From Mobula hypostoma (lineage: Eukaryota), in contig NC_086097.1 in the NCBI RefSeq assembly GCF_963921235.1, forward strand, positions 217,064,001 through 217,128,000: 64,000 nucleotides of DNA. The letters run 5' to 3'. This document shows, piece by piece, positions 36,690 to 50,745 of the stretch. The first letter of the stretch is position 1, and every line of letters starts with the position of its first letter. A program made the translations under genes and the position numbers. Under the pieces are notes generated by a model that saw only the letters and a program-made list of their open reading frames with translations, ran no database searches and had not been told where the DNA came from.

Positions 36690-38290
36690 CCTTTTCCTGC
36701 AAATCCGATGTTGAATCCAATTTACTACCTCATCCTGAGTGCCAAGTGAATGAACCTTACAGACCAGCTTCTCATGCAGACCTTGTGTTAATGTAGAGAA
36801 CATCCACTGCCTTTCACCATTTTTCATAGTAGTCTTGAAAAACTCTGTATGATTGGTTAGACATGCCCTACCATGCATCCTTAACCAGGTGGTGTCTATC
36901 CAAATACTCAAATATCAGGATGGGACGATAGCTACTGTTGTTCCGCTGTTTAAGAAGGACTGTAGGAAAATGCTGGGAAATAATACACCAGTGAACCTGA
37001 CTTCAGCATTGGGAAAATTATTGGAAGGTATTCTAAGGGACCGGATATGTAATTATTTGGATAGACAGGGACTGGCTTTGTGCATGCTAGGTCAAGTCCA
37101 ACCAAAGTTTTCAAGGAAGTTACCAGGAATGCTAATGATGGCAAGGCACAGGGTGTTGTCTACATGAACTTTAGCAAGGTCTTTGACAAGGTCCCACATT
37201 GGAGTTTGTTCAAGAAGGTTTTGTTACTTGTCATTCAGGATAAGGTGGTAAATTGGACAAGGTATTGGTTTCACAGAAGACAGAAAGTGGTAATAGTTGC
37301 CCCTCTGACTGGAGGCCTGTGACTAGTGGAGTGCTGCAGGCTGCAGGGATCAGTGAAGTGTCCTTTGTTGTTTGTCATAAATATCAATGATCTGGATGAT
37401 AATGTGGTTAACTGAATCAGCAGATTTTGTAGATCACTCTAAGACTGGGGGTGTAACGGACTGCAGAGAAGGATATCAAAGCTTACAGCAGGATCTGGAC
37501 CAGCTGGAAAATGGAATTTAATGCAAACAAGTGTGAGGTGTTTCACTTTGGGAGGACCAAGTAGGTCTTACATGGTGAGCGTTAAGGCACTGAGGAGCGT
37601 GAAAGAACAGAGGGATAGGGGAATACAGATCTATAATTGCTTGAATATGGCATCACAGTTAGACAGGGTCATAAAGAAAGCTTTTTTGCAAATTGCCCTT
37701 TATAAATCAGTGTACTGACCACAGGAGTTGAGATGTTACATTGAAATTGTATGAGATGTTGAAGAGGCCTAATTTGGAGTATTATGTGCAGTTTTGGTCA
37801 CTTATCTACACAAAAGATGTAAATAAGACTGAACGAATGCAGAGAAAATTTATAAGGATATTAAATGGTACAGGGAAAGGTTGAATAGATTAGGACTATA
37901 TTCCCTACAATGGAGAAGATTGAGAGGAGAATTGATAGAGGTATACAAAGTTATGAGGGGTATAGGTAGAGTCAATGCAAGAAGGCTTATTCCACTAAAG
38001 TTGGGTGAGACTTCAACTAGAGGTCATGTGTTAAGGGTGAAAGGTGAAATGTTTAAGGGGAACTTCTTCCCTCAGAGGGTGGACAGGAGGTGGAATGAGC
38101 TGCCAGTGGTGATGGATGCAGTTTTGATTTCAATATTTAAGAGAAATGTGGATAGGTATACGGACGGGAGGGGTATAAAGGCAGTGATTCAGGTGCAGGC
38201 CGATGGGACTGGACAGATTAATCATTTGGCATGAACTAGATGGGCTGATGGGCCTGTTTCTATGCTGTATTGTTCTATGACTCTATGAGT
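36690..38290 (+). mobile_element. Old CR1 LINE fragments (main copy 36900-38290 on +; inverted piece 36690-36885)
   Basis: PVNLTS.LGKLLE, VYMNFSKVFDKVPH and LGLYSLQWRRLRGELIEVYK motifs. Confidence 0.85.
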
Positions 38291-38784
38291 AGGTGGGTGG
38301 GTGGGAGGGAGGAACAGGGATTGTTTTGTTACAGTTGTTCTGTTGTTGATGTTATTGTTTGTGTTCTGTGAACACTGTGAGCATGCGATGTTGGTGACAG
38401 AATGTGTGGTGACATTTCTGGGCAGCCCCCAGCACATCCTTAGGTTGTGTTGCTTGTTAACGTTCACTAATGACAAAAAATGAATTTAAAAGATGGCGCT
38501 GACCCGCTGTGTGTTTCCTACATTTTTCACTTTTATTAAAACATAGTTCTTCTGAAAGCCAAACTCATGATGTTTATAACAAATGTCACTGCTTGTAACG
38601 AACGTGAAATCCTTCCTTCCATTATTTCCTCCACAAATGCATAGATCTAGCTGCTGTCTATGGACACCCTTCCAAATGTTATTATTTTCCCATTATGACC
38701 ACTAGATGGTGCATGAGACAAATGTGCAGTTCCCACGTGGTTACAGATGTAAACTTAATCCTGGACCACTGTTAAACTGTTTGT

Positions 38785-39699
38785 TGTTCTCGGTGCCAGA
38801 TGTGGGAGGCCCTGGAGTCTCCAAGCCTCCCGGACGTCCACATCTGCACCAGGTGCGCCGAGATGCAGCTCCTAAGGGACCGTGTTAGGGAACTGGAGCT
38901 GCAGCTCGATGACCTTCGTCTGGTCAGGGAGAGTGAGGAGTTGATAGAGAGGAGTTACAGGCAGGTGGTCACACCGGGGCCACGGGAGGCAGACCAGTGG
39001 GTCACGGTTAGGAGGGGGAAGGGGAAGAGTCAGGTAATAGAGAGTACCCCCGTGGCTGTGCCCCTTGACACTAGGTACTCCTGTTTGAGTACTGTTGGGG
39101 GGGACAGCTTACCTGGGGGAAGCGACAGTGGCCGTGCCTCCGGCACAGAGTCCAGCCCTGTAGCTCAGAAGGGTAGGGAAAGGAAGAGGAGGGCAGTTGT
39201 AATAGGGGACTCGATAGTAAGGGGGTCAGATAGGTGATTCTGTGGACGCAGTCCAGAGACCCGGATGGTAGTTTGCCTCCCTGGTGCCAGGGTCCGGGAT
39301 ATTTCTGATCGCGTCCAAGATATCCTGAAGTGGGAGGGTGAGGAGTCAGAGGTCGTGGTATATATAGGTACCAATGACATAGGTAGGAAAAGGGAAGACG
39401 TCCTGAAAGGAGAATATAGGGAGTTAGGAAGGATGTTGAGAAAAAGGACCGCAAAGGTAGCAATCTCGGGATTACTGCCTGTGCCACGCGACAGTGAGAG
39501 TAAGAATGCAATGACGTGAAGGATAAATGCGTGGCTGAAGGATTGGAGCAGGGGGCAGGAATTCAAGTTTTTGGATCATTGGGACCTCTTTTGGCGCAGG
39601 CGTGACCTGTACAAAAAGGACGGGTTACACTTGAATCCTAGGGGGACCAATATCCTGGCAGGGAGATTAGCAAGGGCTACTGAGGTGACTTTAAACTAG
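38785..39699 (+). pseudogene. CR1 ORF1 (zinc finger/leucine zipper plus SGNH esterase) with premature stops
   Basis: CSRC...CTRC, LRDRVRELELQL, VIGDSIVRG, CLPGA, YIGTND and DGLHLN motifs; stops at 39237 and 39519. Confidence 0.9.
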
Positions 39700-39800
39700 A
39701 ATGGTTGGGGGGTGGGAATCAAATTAAAGAGGCTAGGTGACAGGAGGTTAGTTCACAACAGGGGGATGGGAACCAGTGCAGAGAGACAGAGGGGTGTAAA

Positions 39801-42736
39801 ATGAGGGTAGAAGCAAAAAGTAGTAAGGTGAAAAGTAGAAGTGGCAGGCTGACAAATCCAGGGCAAGCATCAAAAAGGGCCACTTTTCAACATAATTGTA
39901 TAAGGGCTAAGAGAGTTGTAAAAGCGCGCCTGAAGGCTTTGTGTGTCAATGCAAGGAGCATTCGTAACAAGGTGGATGAATTGAAAGTGCAGATTGTTAT
40001 TAATGATTATGATATAGTTGGGATCACAGAGACATGGCTCCAAGGTGACCAAGGATGGGAGCTCAACATTCAGGGATATTCAATATTCAGGAGGGATAGA
40101 CATGAAAGAAAAGGAGGTGGGGTGGTGTTGCTGGTTAGAGAGGAGATTAACGCAATAGAAAGGAAGGACATAAGCCAGGAAGATGTGGAATCGATATGGG
40201 TAGAGCTGCATAACACTAAGGGGCAGAAAACACTGGTGGGAGTTGTGTACAGGCCACCTAATAGTAGTAGCGAGGTTGGTGATGGTATTAAACAGGAAAT
40301 TAGAAATGTGTGCAATAACGGAACAGCAGTTATAATGGGTGACTTCAATCTACATGTAGATTGGGTGAACCAAATTGGTAAGGGTGCTGAGGAAAAGGAT
40401 TTCTTGGAATGCATGCGGGATGGTTTTTTGAACCAACATGTCGAGGAACCAACTAGAGAGCAGGCCATTCTGGACTGGTTATTGAGCAATGAGGAAGGGT
40501 TAATTAGCAATCTTGTCGTGAGAGGCCCCTTGGGTAAGAGTAACCATAATATGGTGGAATTCTTCATTAGGATGGAGAGTGACATAGTTAATTCAGAAAC
40601 AAAGGTTCTGAACTTAAGGAAGGGTAACTTTAAAGGTATGAGACGTGAATTAGCTAAGATAGACTGGCAAATGACACTTAAAGGGTTGATGGTGGATATG
40701 CAATGGCAAGCATTTAACGATCGCATGGATGAACTACAACAATTGTTCATCCCAGTTTGGCAAAAGAATAAATCAAGGAAGGTAGTGCACCCGTGGCTGA
40801 CAAGGGAAATTAGGGATAGTATCAATTCCAAAGAAGAAGCATTCAAATTAGCCAGAAAAAGTGGCTCACCTGAGGACTGGGAGAAATTCAGAGTTCAGCA
40901 GTGGAGGACAAAGGACTTAATTAGGAAGGGGAAAAAAGATTATGAGAGAAAACTGGTAGGGAACATAAAAACTGACTGTAAAAGCTTTTATAGATATATG
41001 AAAAGAAAAAGATTGGTTAAGACAAATGTAGGTCCCCTACAGACAGAAACAGGTGAATTGATTATGGGGAGCAAGGACATGGCAGACCAATTGAATAATT
41101 ACTTTGGTTCTGTCTTCACTAAGGAGGACATAAATAATCTTCCGGAAATAGTATGGGACAGAGGGTCCAGTGAGATGGAGGAACTGAGCGAAATACATGT
41201 TAGTAGGGAAGTGGTGTTAGATAAATTGAAGGGATTAAAGGCAGATAAATCCCCAGGGCCAGATGGTCTGCATCCCAGAGTGCTTAAGAAAGTAGCCCAA
41301 GAAATAGTGGATGCATTAGTGATAATTTTTCAAAACTCTTTAGATTCTGGACTAGTTCCTGAGGATTGGAGGGTGGCTAATGTAACCCCACTTTTTAAAA
41401 AGGGAGGGAGAGAGAAACCAGGGAATTATAGACCGGTTAGCCTAACATCGGTGGTGGGGAAACTGCTAGAGTTAGTTATCAAAGATGTGATAACAGCACA
41501 TTTGGAAAGCGGTGAAATCATCGGACAAAGTCAGCATGGATTTGTGAAAGGAAAATCATGTCTAACGAATCTCATAGAATTTTTTGAGGATGTAACTAAT
41601 AGAGTGGATAGGGGAGAACCAGTGGATGTGGTATATTTGGATTTTCAAAAGGCTTTTGACAAGGTCCCACACAGGAGATTGGTGTGCAAACATAAAGCAC
41701 ACGGTATTGGGGGTAAGGTATTGATGTGGATAGAGAATTGGTTGGCAGACAGGAAGCAAAGAGTGGGAATAAACGGGACCTTTTCAGAATGGCAGGCAGT
41801 GACTAGTGGGGTACCGCAAGGCTCAGTGCTGGAACCCCAGTTGTTTACAATATATATTAATGACTTGGATGAGGGAATTAAATGCAGCATCTCCAAGTTT
41901 GCGGATGACATGAAGCTGGGCAGCAGTGTTAGCTGTGAGGAGGATGCTAAGAGGATGCAGGGTGACTAGGATAGGTTAGGTGAGTGGGCAAATTCATGGC
42001 AGGTGCAATTTAATGTAGATAAATGTGAAGTTATCCACTTTGGTGGCAAAAATAGGAAAACAGATTATTATCTGAATGGTGGCCGATTAGGAAAAGGGGA
42101 GGTGCAATGAGACCTGGGTGTCATTATACACCAGTCATTGAAAGTGGGCATGCAGGTACAGCAGGCGGTAAAAAGGCGAATGGTATGCTGGCATTTATAG
42201 CAAGAGGATTCGAGTACAGGAGCAGGGAGGTACTACTACAGTTGTACAGGGCCTTGGTAAGACCACACCTGGAGTATTGTGTGCAGTTTTGGTCCCCTAA
42301 TCTGAGGAAAGACATCCTTGCCATAGAGGGAGTACAAAGAAGGTTCACCAGATTGATTCCTGGGATGGCAGGACTTTCATATGATGAAAGACTGGATGAA
42401 CTGGGCTTGTACTCGTTGGAATTTAGAAGATTGAGGGGGGATCTGATTGAAACGTATAAAATCCTAAAGGGATTGGACAGGCTAGATGCAGGAAGATTGT
42501 TCCCGATGTTGGGGAAGTCCAGAACGAGGGGTCACAGTTTGAGGATAAAGGGGAAGCCTTTTAGGACCGAGATTAGGAAAAACTTCTTCACACAGAGAGT
42601 GGTGAATCTGTGGAATTCTCTGCCACAGGAAACAGTTGAGGCCAGTTCATTGGCTATATTTAAGAGGGAGTTAGATATGACCCTTGTGGCTAAAGGGATC
42701 AGGGGGTATGGAGGGAAGGCTGGTGCAGGGTTCTGA
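39801..42736 (+). pseudogene. CR1 ORF2 (APE endonuclease plus RT), disabled near the 3' end
   Basis: 722-aa open frame (NARSI, GITETW, YRPP, MGDFN, FADD); TAG at 41967, TGA at ~42108 and a 1-bp deletion at ~42170. Confidence 0.95.
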
Positions 42737-43529
42737 GTTGGATGATCAGCCATGACCACACTGAATGGCGGTGCAGGCTCGAAGGGCCGAATGGCCTACT
42801 CCTGCACCTATTTTCTATGTTTCTATGTTTCTAAACGACAGGTTGAATTTTGGAAATTTTCTAAGTCCATAACACAAATAAGATTGGGGGGAAAAAAGGA
42901 AATTACTAATTATGCAACATTTAAAAATATATAATAGTACTTCTAGGATTGTTAATTGATGTATAATAACTATTTTTCTGGTTATTTATCTGTTATAGAA
43001 AAAAATGTCTGCCAGTTTACACCCTTAATAATTTCTTCAACCGCGAATGGAAAAGGTTTTAGGTTACCTTCATTCTGTGTTGTAGTATCCTTTGGTAATG
43101 CATATGATGTCCTTTAGTATACTTACAGAAATATATTTTTAGTTTGGCATTTAACACAAACTGCATCAAGATCTGGAACAAAGGGTTGTTTTGGTTAATA
43201 TAAAGTTACAAAAACAAAGAGGCCTTCAGGACATCGATGGTGGGGCACATGGCAGTGGTAATGCCTTTGAATATCAAAAGCATGTTGTTACCATCTGAGA
43301 TTATCATTGCCTGGCACTTCAGAGAGCTGTGTTACCTGGCACTGGTCAACGGACTTATCCCTCGATCTCATACCTTCAGCCAATGGGTTGCTTCATTTTC
43401 CAAAGAGATGGTAGACTGGTTAATTGTTGTCTCATGGACCTCGGCATAGTGAAAAACCTGTCCTGCATACCATCCAAACAGACAGATTCATTACAACAGT
43501 GCATTGAGGTAGTACAAAGGAAGGGAGAT

Positions 43530-44080
43530 GGGATGTTCTGTTAAAGTTGTATAAGACAGTGAAGTCTAATTTGGAATATTGTGTACAGTTTTTAGTCACC
43601 TACCTACAGGAAAGATGTAAATGAGGTTGAAAGAGTACAGGGAAAATTTACAAGGAGGACTTGAGTTATAAGGAAAGATTGAATGGATTAGGACTGTATT
43701 ATTTAGAATGTAGAAGATTGAGAGGATATTTGATAGAGGTATACATGATTATGAGGGGTATGGATAGGATAAATGCAAGCAGAGTTTTTCTACTAAGGTT
43801 AGGTGAGACTACAACTAGATGTCATGTGTCAAGGGTGAAAGGTGAAATGTTTAAGGGGGCATGAAGGGGAACTTCTTCACTCAGAAGGTGGTGAGAGTGT
43901 GGAACGAGCTGCCAGCAGAAGTGGTGGATTTAAGAGAAATTTGGATAGGTACATGGATGGGAGGGGTATGCAGGGCTATGGTCCCGGTGCAGGTCAATGG
44001 GAATAGGCATTTAAACGGTTTCTGCATGGACTAGATGGGCCAAAGGGCCTATTTCTGTGCTGTATTTATCTCTGACTATG
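43530..44080 (+). mobile_element. CR1 3' fragment
   Basis: SYKERLNGLGLYYLECRRLRG motif. Confidence 0.85.
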
Positions 44081-44639
44081 AGACATTCCATATTTATTGC
44101 ACTGTTTTGATGAAAATTTTGTAATGTGTTTGATTTGGCTGAAGAACTATTTCTGTAGACCCCAAAGCTACTTTCCACACAGATTAAAGCAAGTGGCAGA
44201 TGAGGCTAAGTGACAGATATTGAAAGCCCAACCTTTAGGCTACCAGGGATTGTTATTCTGGCTTTCCTTTTGCAGGTCACTTTACATATGTTACTAAACA
44301 TCCTATTCTTTGGCAGTGATGTGGAAATACTCACTATATTGATAGAAATAATATCTTATTTAAAATTCTATTATGCAAGCCTTTTCGTTCAAAGGAAGTC
44401 ATATTTAATTATAAAGTAACACATACAGGCTGAGTACTTCTGTATTTTCTGTAGTGTTATTTCAAAACTCATTAATTTTACATCATTAAATAGACACTGC
44501 TTTGTTAAGGAGTCTATTGTCACAGCCTTAGTTTACATTAGAACCTTAGTTTGAAACCTGTATGCATTATAACAATAGAGTACACATTAAGTGCAGAATA
44601 ATACATAATGTAACCTTTTCTTTATCAGTTTTTCCCTAT

Positions 44640-45505
44640 GAGTTTGAGTACAGAGAGGAAATTAAGAGCCTGGTGGCATGGTGCAAAGACAATAACCTAT
44701 CCCTCAACGTCAGCAAGAAGAAGGAATTGGTTGTTGACTTCAGAAGGAGTAGCAGACCGCACGACCCAATTTACATCGGTGGTGCACAAGTGGAACATGT
44801 CAAAAGCTTTAAGTTCCTCAGGGTCAATATCACAAATGATCTGACTTGGTCCAACCAAGCAGAGTCCACTGCCAAGAAGGCCCACCAGTGCCTATACTTC
44901 CTGAGAAAACTAAAGAAATTTGGCCTGTCCCCTAAAACCCTCACTAATTTTTATAGATGCACCATAGAAAGCATTCTTCTAGGGTGCATCACAACCTGGT
45001 ATGGAAGTTGTCCTGTCCAAGATCAGAAGAAACTGCAGAAGATCATGAACACGGCGCAGCACATCACACAAACCAATCTTCCATCCTTGGACTCACTTTA
45101 CACTGCATGCTGTAGGAGCAGCGCTGCCAGGATAATCAAGGACACAACCCACCCAGCCAACACACTTTTCATCCCTCTTCCCTCCAGGCGTAGGCTCAGG
45201 AGCTTGAAGACTCATATGGCCAGATCTGGGAACAGCTTCTTTCCAACTGTGATAAGACTGCTGAATGGATCCTGACCCGGATCTGGGCCGTACCATCCAA
45301 ATATCCGGACCTGCCTCTCGTTTTTTTTTGCACTACCTTAATTTCCATTTTTCTATTTTCTAATTATGATTTAAAATTTAAATTTTTAATATTTACTATC
45401 AATTTGTAATCCAGGGAGCGGAAAGCGCAGAATCAAATATCGCTGTGATGATTGTACATTCTAGTATCAATCGTTTGGCAACAATAAAGTATAAAGTATA
45501 AAGTA
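44640..45505 (+). mobile_element. Young 5'-truncated Rex1/Babar-type LINE
   Basis: Open frame to 45275 (WCKDNNLSLNVSKKKELVVDFRR...LLNGS*); (TAAAGTA)n tail. Confidence 0.93.
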
Positions 45506-46707
45506 TTCAGAGAATGTTGAGTCCCTTGCAGGGTACAGCTCCAATAGCAATGGGTATGTTTTGGACAGTTTTAGTTGACTCCAATCTCACACCCACATTT
45601 TGCAGCTTCACACACTGCCACTGCCAACCAGTAGTCCAGTCCGTTCACCCAAGACAATTGTTTTGAGTAAAACACCAATTAATGTTTCTTAATTCCCAAT
45701 GAGAGGGTCAGCTCGTGTACTTTGGGAACAAGCTAGTGACCTAATGGTTTACTGGGGAGACAAGAGACTGTGGAATAACAAACAGCGCTCTGGAGCAGCT
45801 CAGTGAGTCACACAGCATTTACAGAGGGGAATGGACAGCCCAAGTTTCCGAGTGAGACACTTCACCATCTCTGGACTCTCTATTTCCTTCCATATTTGCT
45901 GACCCGCTGAGTTTCTCTAGTGCTTTGCCTGTTGCACTTAATGACTTACAAGAGCTGCTCAACTGATAAATTTAATAGGTACTATGGATATTGAACTCCA
46001 CTTGCAATTGCTCTAATTGCTCTCTGTGGGAACCAAGTAACTCACCAATATTTTGGCTAAATTGAGCTGGGTCATAAGGGTGGCACTCCTCTGCAAAACA
46101 TCTGCATGTAACTTTCTGAAAAAGACAAATAATTGAATAAACAATTTCATTGCCTATTTTATATGCCAAAATACGTGCAACACAAACCTACATAGCAAGG
46201 CAGATGCTTACACACTGAGAATCAGCTTAATTAATTGTGGCTTTCATTTTTAAAGCAGACCTTTCATGGTCACTATGATTACTGTATGCATTTCAGATTA
46301 GGGTGCCTAACTTCGTCAGATATTATCCAATGCAATAGTTCAATATGCATCTCCCATTTTGTTTTATTCAGAGAGAAGTCAACTTAAAAGTAAGTCTAGA
46401 ACTGCTTAAACATATCCCAGGAGTATTGATCCTTGCAGAGTTCACGTGAGACAGAATGGTGAAGAGAAATTCTTTTCCTGCAAGGACACAAAATCCTCCG
46501 TTAGGCAGGTAATCATTGCCATCACACACCTGTCACGACTCCAGGTTCACACTGCCGTTCTGCAGTTTCACACCCTGTTTGCTCTTCCGCCATTGAGGGC
46601 ACCAGTGCACCTAACCCTCTCATGCAGAATAAGTGAGGATCAGTGAATAAACTCTGAGGGCTGGCACGGACTTGATGAATTGATGGGCTCCTTTTAGATT
46701 ATGAGAA

Positions 46708-47352
46708 CACTGAGTCCTCATTTATTGTCATTTAGAAATGCATGCATTAAGAAATGATACAATGTTCCTCCAGAGTGATATCACAAAAAAAAGGACAAAC
46801 CAAAGACTAACACTGACAAGACCACATAATTATAACACATAGGTACAGCAGTGCAAAGCAATACCATAATTTGATAAAGAGCAGACCATGGGCATGGTAA
46901 AAAAAAGTCTCAAAGTTCCTGATAGTCCCGATAGCAGGCGGCAAAAGGGAGAAACTCTCCCTGCCATAAACCTCCAGGCGCTGACAACTGCCGATGCATT
47001 GGAAGCACCCGACCACAGCCGACTCTGGGTCCATCCGAAAACTTCAAGCCTCTGACCAGTTCCTCCAATACAGATTCCTGAGCACCATCCTCTGCCGAGC
47101 GCTTCGACCCCACCCTGGCCGCCAAGCAACAAGCAAAGTCGAGGACTCGGGGCCTTCTCCTCTGGAGATTCTGGATCACACAGTAGCAGCAGCAGCGAAG
47201 AAGGCATTTCAGAAGTTTCTCCCGGTGTTCCTCCGTGCTCTCATGTCTGTCTCCATCAAATCAGGACCATGCACGGCCCCTACTTGACAGATAACAGATA
47301 TCATTCACCGAAGTGGCCGCTGCAAGCTGCGTTGTGCCGCCATCTTCTCCTC
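46708..47352 (-). mobile_element. Non-coding SINE-like retroelement, copy 1
   Basis: Reverse-strand homologue of 50746-51340 (5' GAGAAGATGGC, 3' AAATGACAATAAA). Confidence 0.75.
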
Positions 47353-47552
47353 TTCCTTTCATACTGACAACTCAAGAAACCAGCAGCAGCTGATAATATG
47401 GGGACAAACATAGGTCCATGCTTTATGCTCCATCAGGCAGGGTACTGACCATAATACATACAGCTACCAAAGAACTCATGACCAGCAGACAAGCCGACAC
47501 CCTCAAAGGATTTAGCTAATCCTCCCTCTGACAGTAAAATCTCTGTGGTACC

Positions 47553-48025
47553 TGTTATGTTTTGTAACTCCAAAACATAAAACTAATTGAAAGAAAACCA
47601 CAGGAGCCGGGGATAATGCGTGTATATTTAGTTTTACTTTAGTGAGGCGCGCACATATGACATGGTGGCAGAGTAACATATGCCATTCACATACTTTTAT
47701 ACTTTATTGTCGCCAAACAATTGATTCTAGAATGTACAATCATCATAGCGATGTTTGATGCTGTGCTTCCCGCTCCCTGGATTACAAATCGATAGTAAAT
47801 ATTAAAAATTTCAATTATAAATCATAAATAGAAAATAGAAAAATGGAAAGTAAGGTAGTGCAAAAAAGCTGAGATGCAGGTCCGGTTATTTGGAGGGTAC
47901 AGCCCAGATCCGGATCCTGACCCGGATCTTCTACATATGATCCATAATGAATTATGTAAACAAAGAATGCTTAATCAAACAATATATCTATAATAGTACT
48001 CAAATATTACTGAAATATTGAATAC
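47553..48025. mobile_element. Probable solo LTR interrupted at 47695-47930 by a minus-strand Rex 3' UTR
   Basis: Starts TGTTATG. The insert is the reverse complement of 45270-45500. Confidence 0.55.
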
Positions 48026-49479
48026 GCTTTGTGTTGCCTTGAATGAGAGGATACTTAAGAACATCCAAATTTAAAAGATTAGCTTCATTTTCCACATGTA
48101 CATCAGACTATACAGTGAAATATGCCATTTTGCGTGAGTGGCCAACACAGTCTGAGGATTGTGCAGGGAGCAGCTCACAGGTGTCTGGTGCTAATGTAGC
48201 ATGCCTGCAGCTCACTAACTCTAACGATAAATCTTTGGAATGTGGGAGGAAACCAGAACACCGCCATGGCCGCATACAAGTTCGTTACAGACGGAGGCAG
48301 GAATCGAATCCCAATCGGTGATCGCTGCCGCAGTTAGGCAACTGTGTTAATCGCCACACTACTGTGCCAGTTTCCTCCTGCATCTTGTTACTGTGAGGTA
48401 CCACAAAGTGAAGGTAAGTGGGAAAATGGTTAAACAGCCATTGATGGGCATATGGCAGAAAATAAATTATCAAGTACAGGGAAAGAAGGAGACAGGAAAT
48501 ATGTGATTGCTCAGTATGAACCCAACAGGCCAAAGTATCTAAATAAGTGTACTCTTTTCTTACTACACCACATTCATCACGAGGAAAGTTTAAAACTAAA
48601 TGATGGAATGATGTGCACCATGTGAAATACATTATTGCGTCATTGTGCCTTTTACCAGCCCAAACATTTCTCAGGTATTGAAATTACATTTTGCTTTGAG
48701 GATACCCAGATGGTAAGTCTCTCAAAGTTGAAAGTGAAAATCTACAAATATAGTATAATCCTCACCCATACCATATTGATCTTGGCACACTCCACTCTGC
48801 TCCATTAAACCAATACACAAAAAAAATAAAACTTTGGTTTATTTTTTAATTATAATCTCAAATGTAATAATTGGGAAACCAAATTCTACATAAAATAAAT
48901 AAAGTACCATCAAGGGAATGTCTTTCCAAATATTAAAGAGCCTTTCCTATGTAATAGTTACATCAGGGAACATGGACAAATAAAATTAAACAAATAAACC
49001 ACAGTAATATTCTGTGCAGAAGGTCAATTTGATGATTCAGCTGGAATAGTCGACTGAATTTGGTTCATCAAAATCAGTTTACACAGGAGACCTAATACCA
49101 CCCATGTGCTTACTTGACATTAATTGTAAACTAGCTCAGCTAAGGGCTGTTGTAGATAATGTCAATCAGCTTTCAGTAAAAGGAAAGATATAAGATTTAA
49201 ACCAAAATCTTAGGGCATAAAAAGAAGGACTTCCGGTAAGGTGGAAGCACACTTGGTCACAGCGACCACTCTTGTGAACGCAAGACCTTGTTGGACATTG
49301 GAAATACAAATTACAGGTACTCTAAGTCCGGCTCATTATTTCATTGGCAAGACCAACAGCAGAGAAAATTCAAGACCTTGGGTTGTTGGGCAGACCAGGC
49401 TCTCATGTGGTAGTATCGCCTGTCAGGGACAACCAGTGGGGGGGAAGGGGCTGAATACCTTTTATAGGCACTGTATATG

Positions 49480-49980
49480 CACTCTGGTCATCAGGACATA
49501 GAAATGATGATATTGAGCTACAGAGGGTGCAGAAATAATTCACTATGGTGTTACCAGGACTGGAGATCTCGAGTTATAAGAAGAGATTGGATAGACTGGG
49601 GCTTTTTTTGCCTGAAGATAAGAAGTTAGAGTGGTAACCTTATCAAGGTATATAAAATTATCAGCAGCATACGTATGGCAGATTGTCACAGTATTGTTCC
49701 CATTCTACAGGTATTTAAAACTAAAATGTGTAGGTCAGAGGTGGAAAGAATTAAAGGAGATCTAAGGCCCAAGTATTTCACATTGAGGGTGGTGGGTACA
49801 TGGGCTGAGGAGCTAGAGGTGGTACAGGCAGAAAAAGCTTCACTATTAAAAAAACATTTTGACAGGTACATGAATAGGAAGGATTAAGAGGGCTATGAGC
49901 TGAACACAAGTGATTAGTATAAGCTGAGATGGGCATCTTGAGTGTCGGGACAAAGTGTCTGTACCCGTGCTGTATCTTTA
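49480..49980 (+). mobile_element. Old CR1 3' fragment
   Basis: Degenerate CR1 RT C-terminus (FTLRVVGTW...KHFDRYMN). Confidence 0.7.
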
Positions 49981-50745
49981 CGAAACTGTGAGTCTGATTT
50001 GAGAATACAGAAGGGAATGAAATGTGACTACAATAATAACAGATCAGAAGTGCTCTTGTCAATCGACTATAATTTAAAACAGTAAAACCGGGCACCAATG
50101 TAAGTCAACATTGGGACTGAATTGTGCGAAAGCAAATGGTTTTGGAGGAGATGTAATCACAGCCTCTTAGAAACTGAGCAAGTGCATTTATGCCATCACC
50201 ACGGTGGAAGGTTTACAAAGGAAATCTTTTGGATGAATCCAGTCTCAATATATCACTAAACACTATTGGACTAGAAGTATTTAGTTAATGGACCTTGAAA
50301 GAATATTTATAAACTTAAAAATGAAATTGCATTTAACAGTCTTCAAAGGCCATTTCTCAAAATGAGGAATCTTGAAGAAAATGTTACAGTTCATCAAAAA
50401 TGCTTGATATATGAGTCATATTAATCATTACAATTTCCATACAATCATTATGAATTCTTAAGTAACTAGAAAAGTCAAATAATTACTGTGCCTTGTATGT
50501 AAAGACTCTAATGTATTTGCCTCTACCACCATACCAGGTAGTACATTCCAGACATCCATGACTCTGAGTAAAAAACCCTTATATCCCCCTTGAGCCTACC
50601 CATTCTCATCTTCAGTGCATGCCCTCTGATATTGGACATTTCAACCCTGGGAAACAGATACTCCCTGTCTACTGTGTCTATGTGTAGATTAATAAGTTAG
50701 TGTATGGCAAAATTAGTCAGTGTATTACATTTAATTGACATAAAA

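Larger units (their letters stand above)
38780..42833 (+). mobile_element. Near full-length young CR1 LINE
   Basis: ORF1, ORF2, 3' UTR and (TTTCTATG)n tail. Confidence 0.97.

Noticed and set aside
39801..41969. 722-aa ORF as a host gene or active retrotransposon
   Set aside because: It is CR1 ORF2, with disabling stops downstream and in ORF1.
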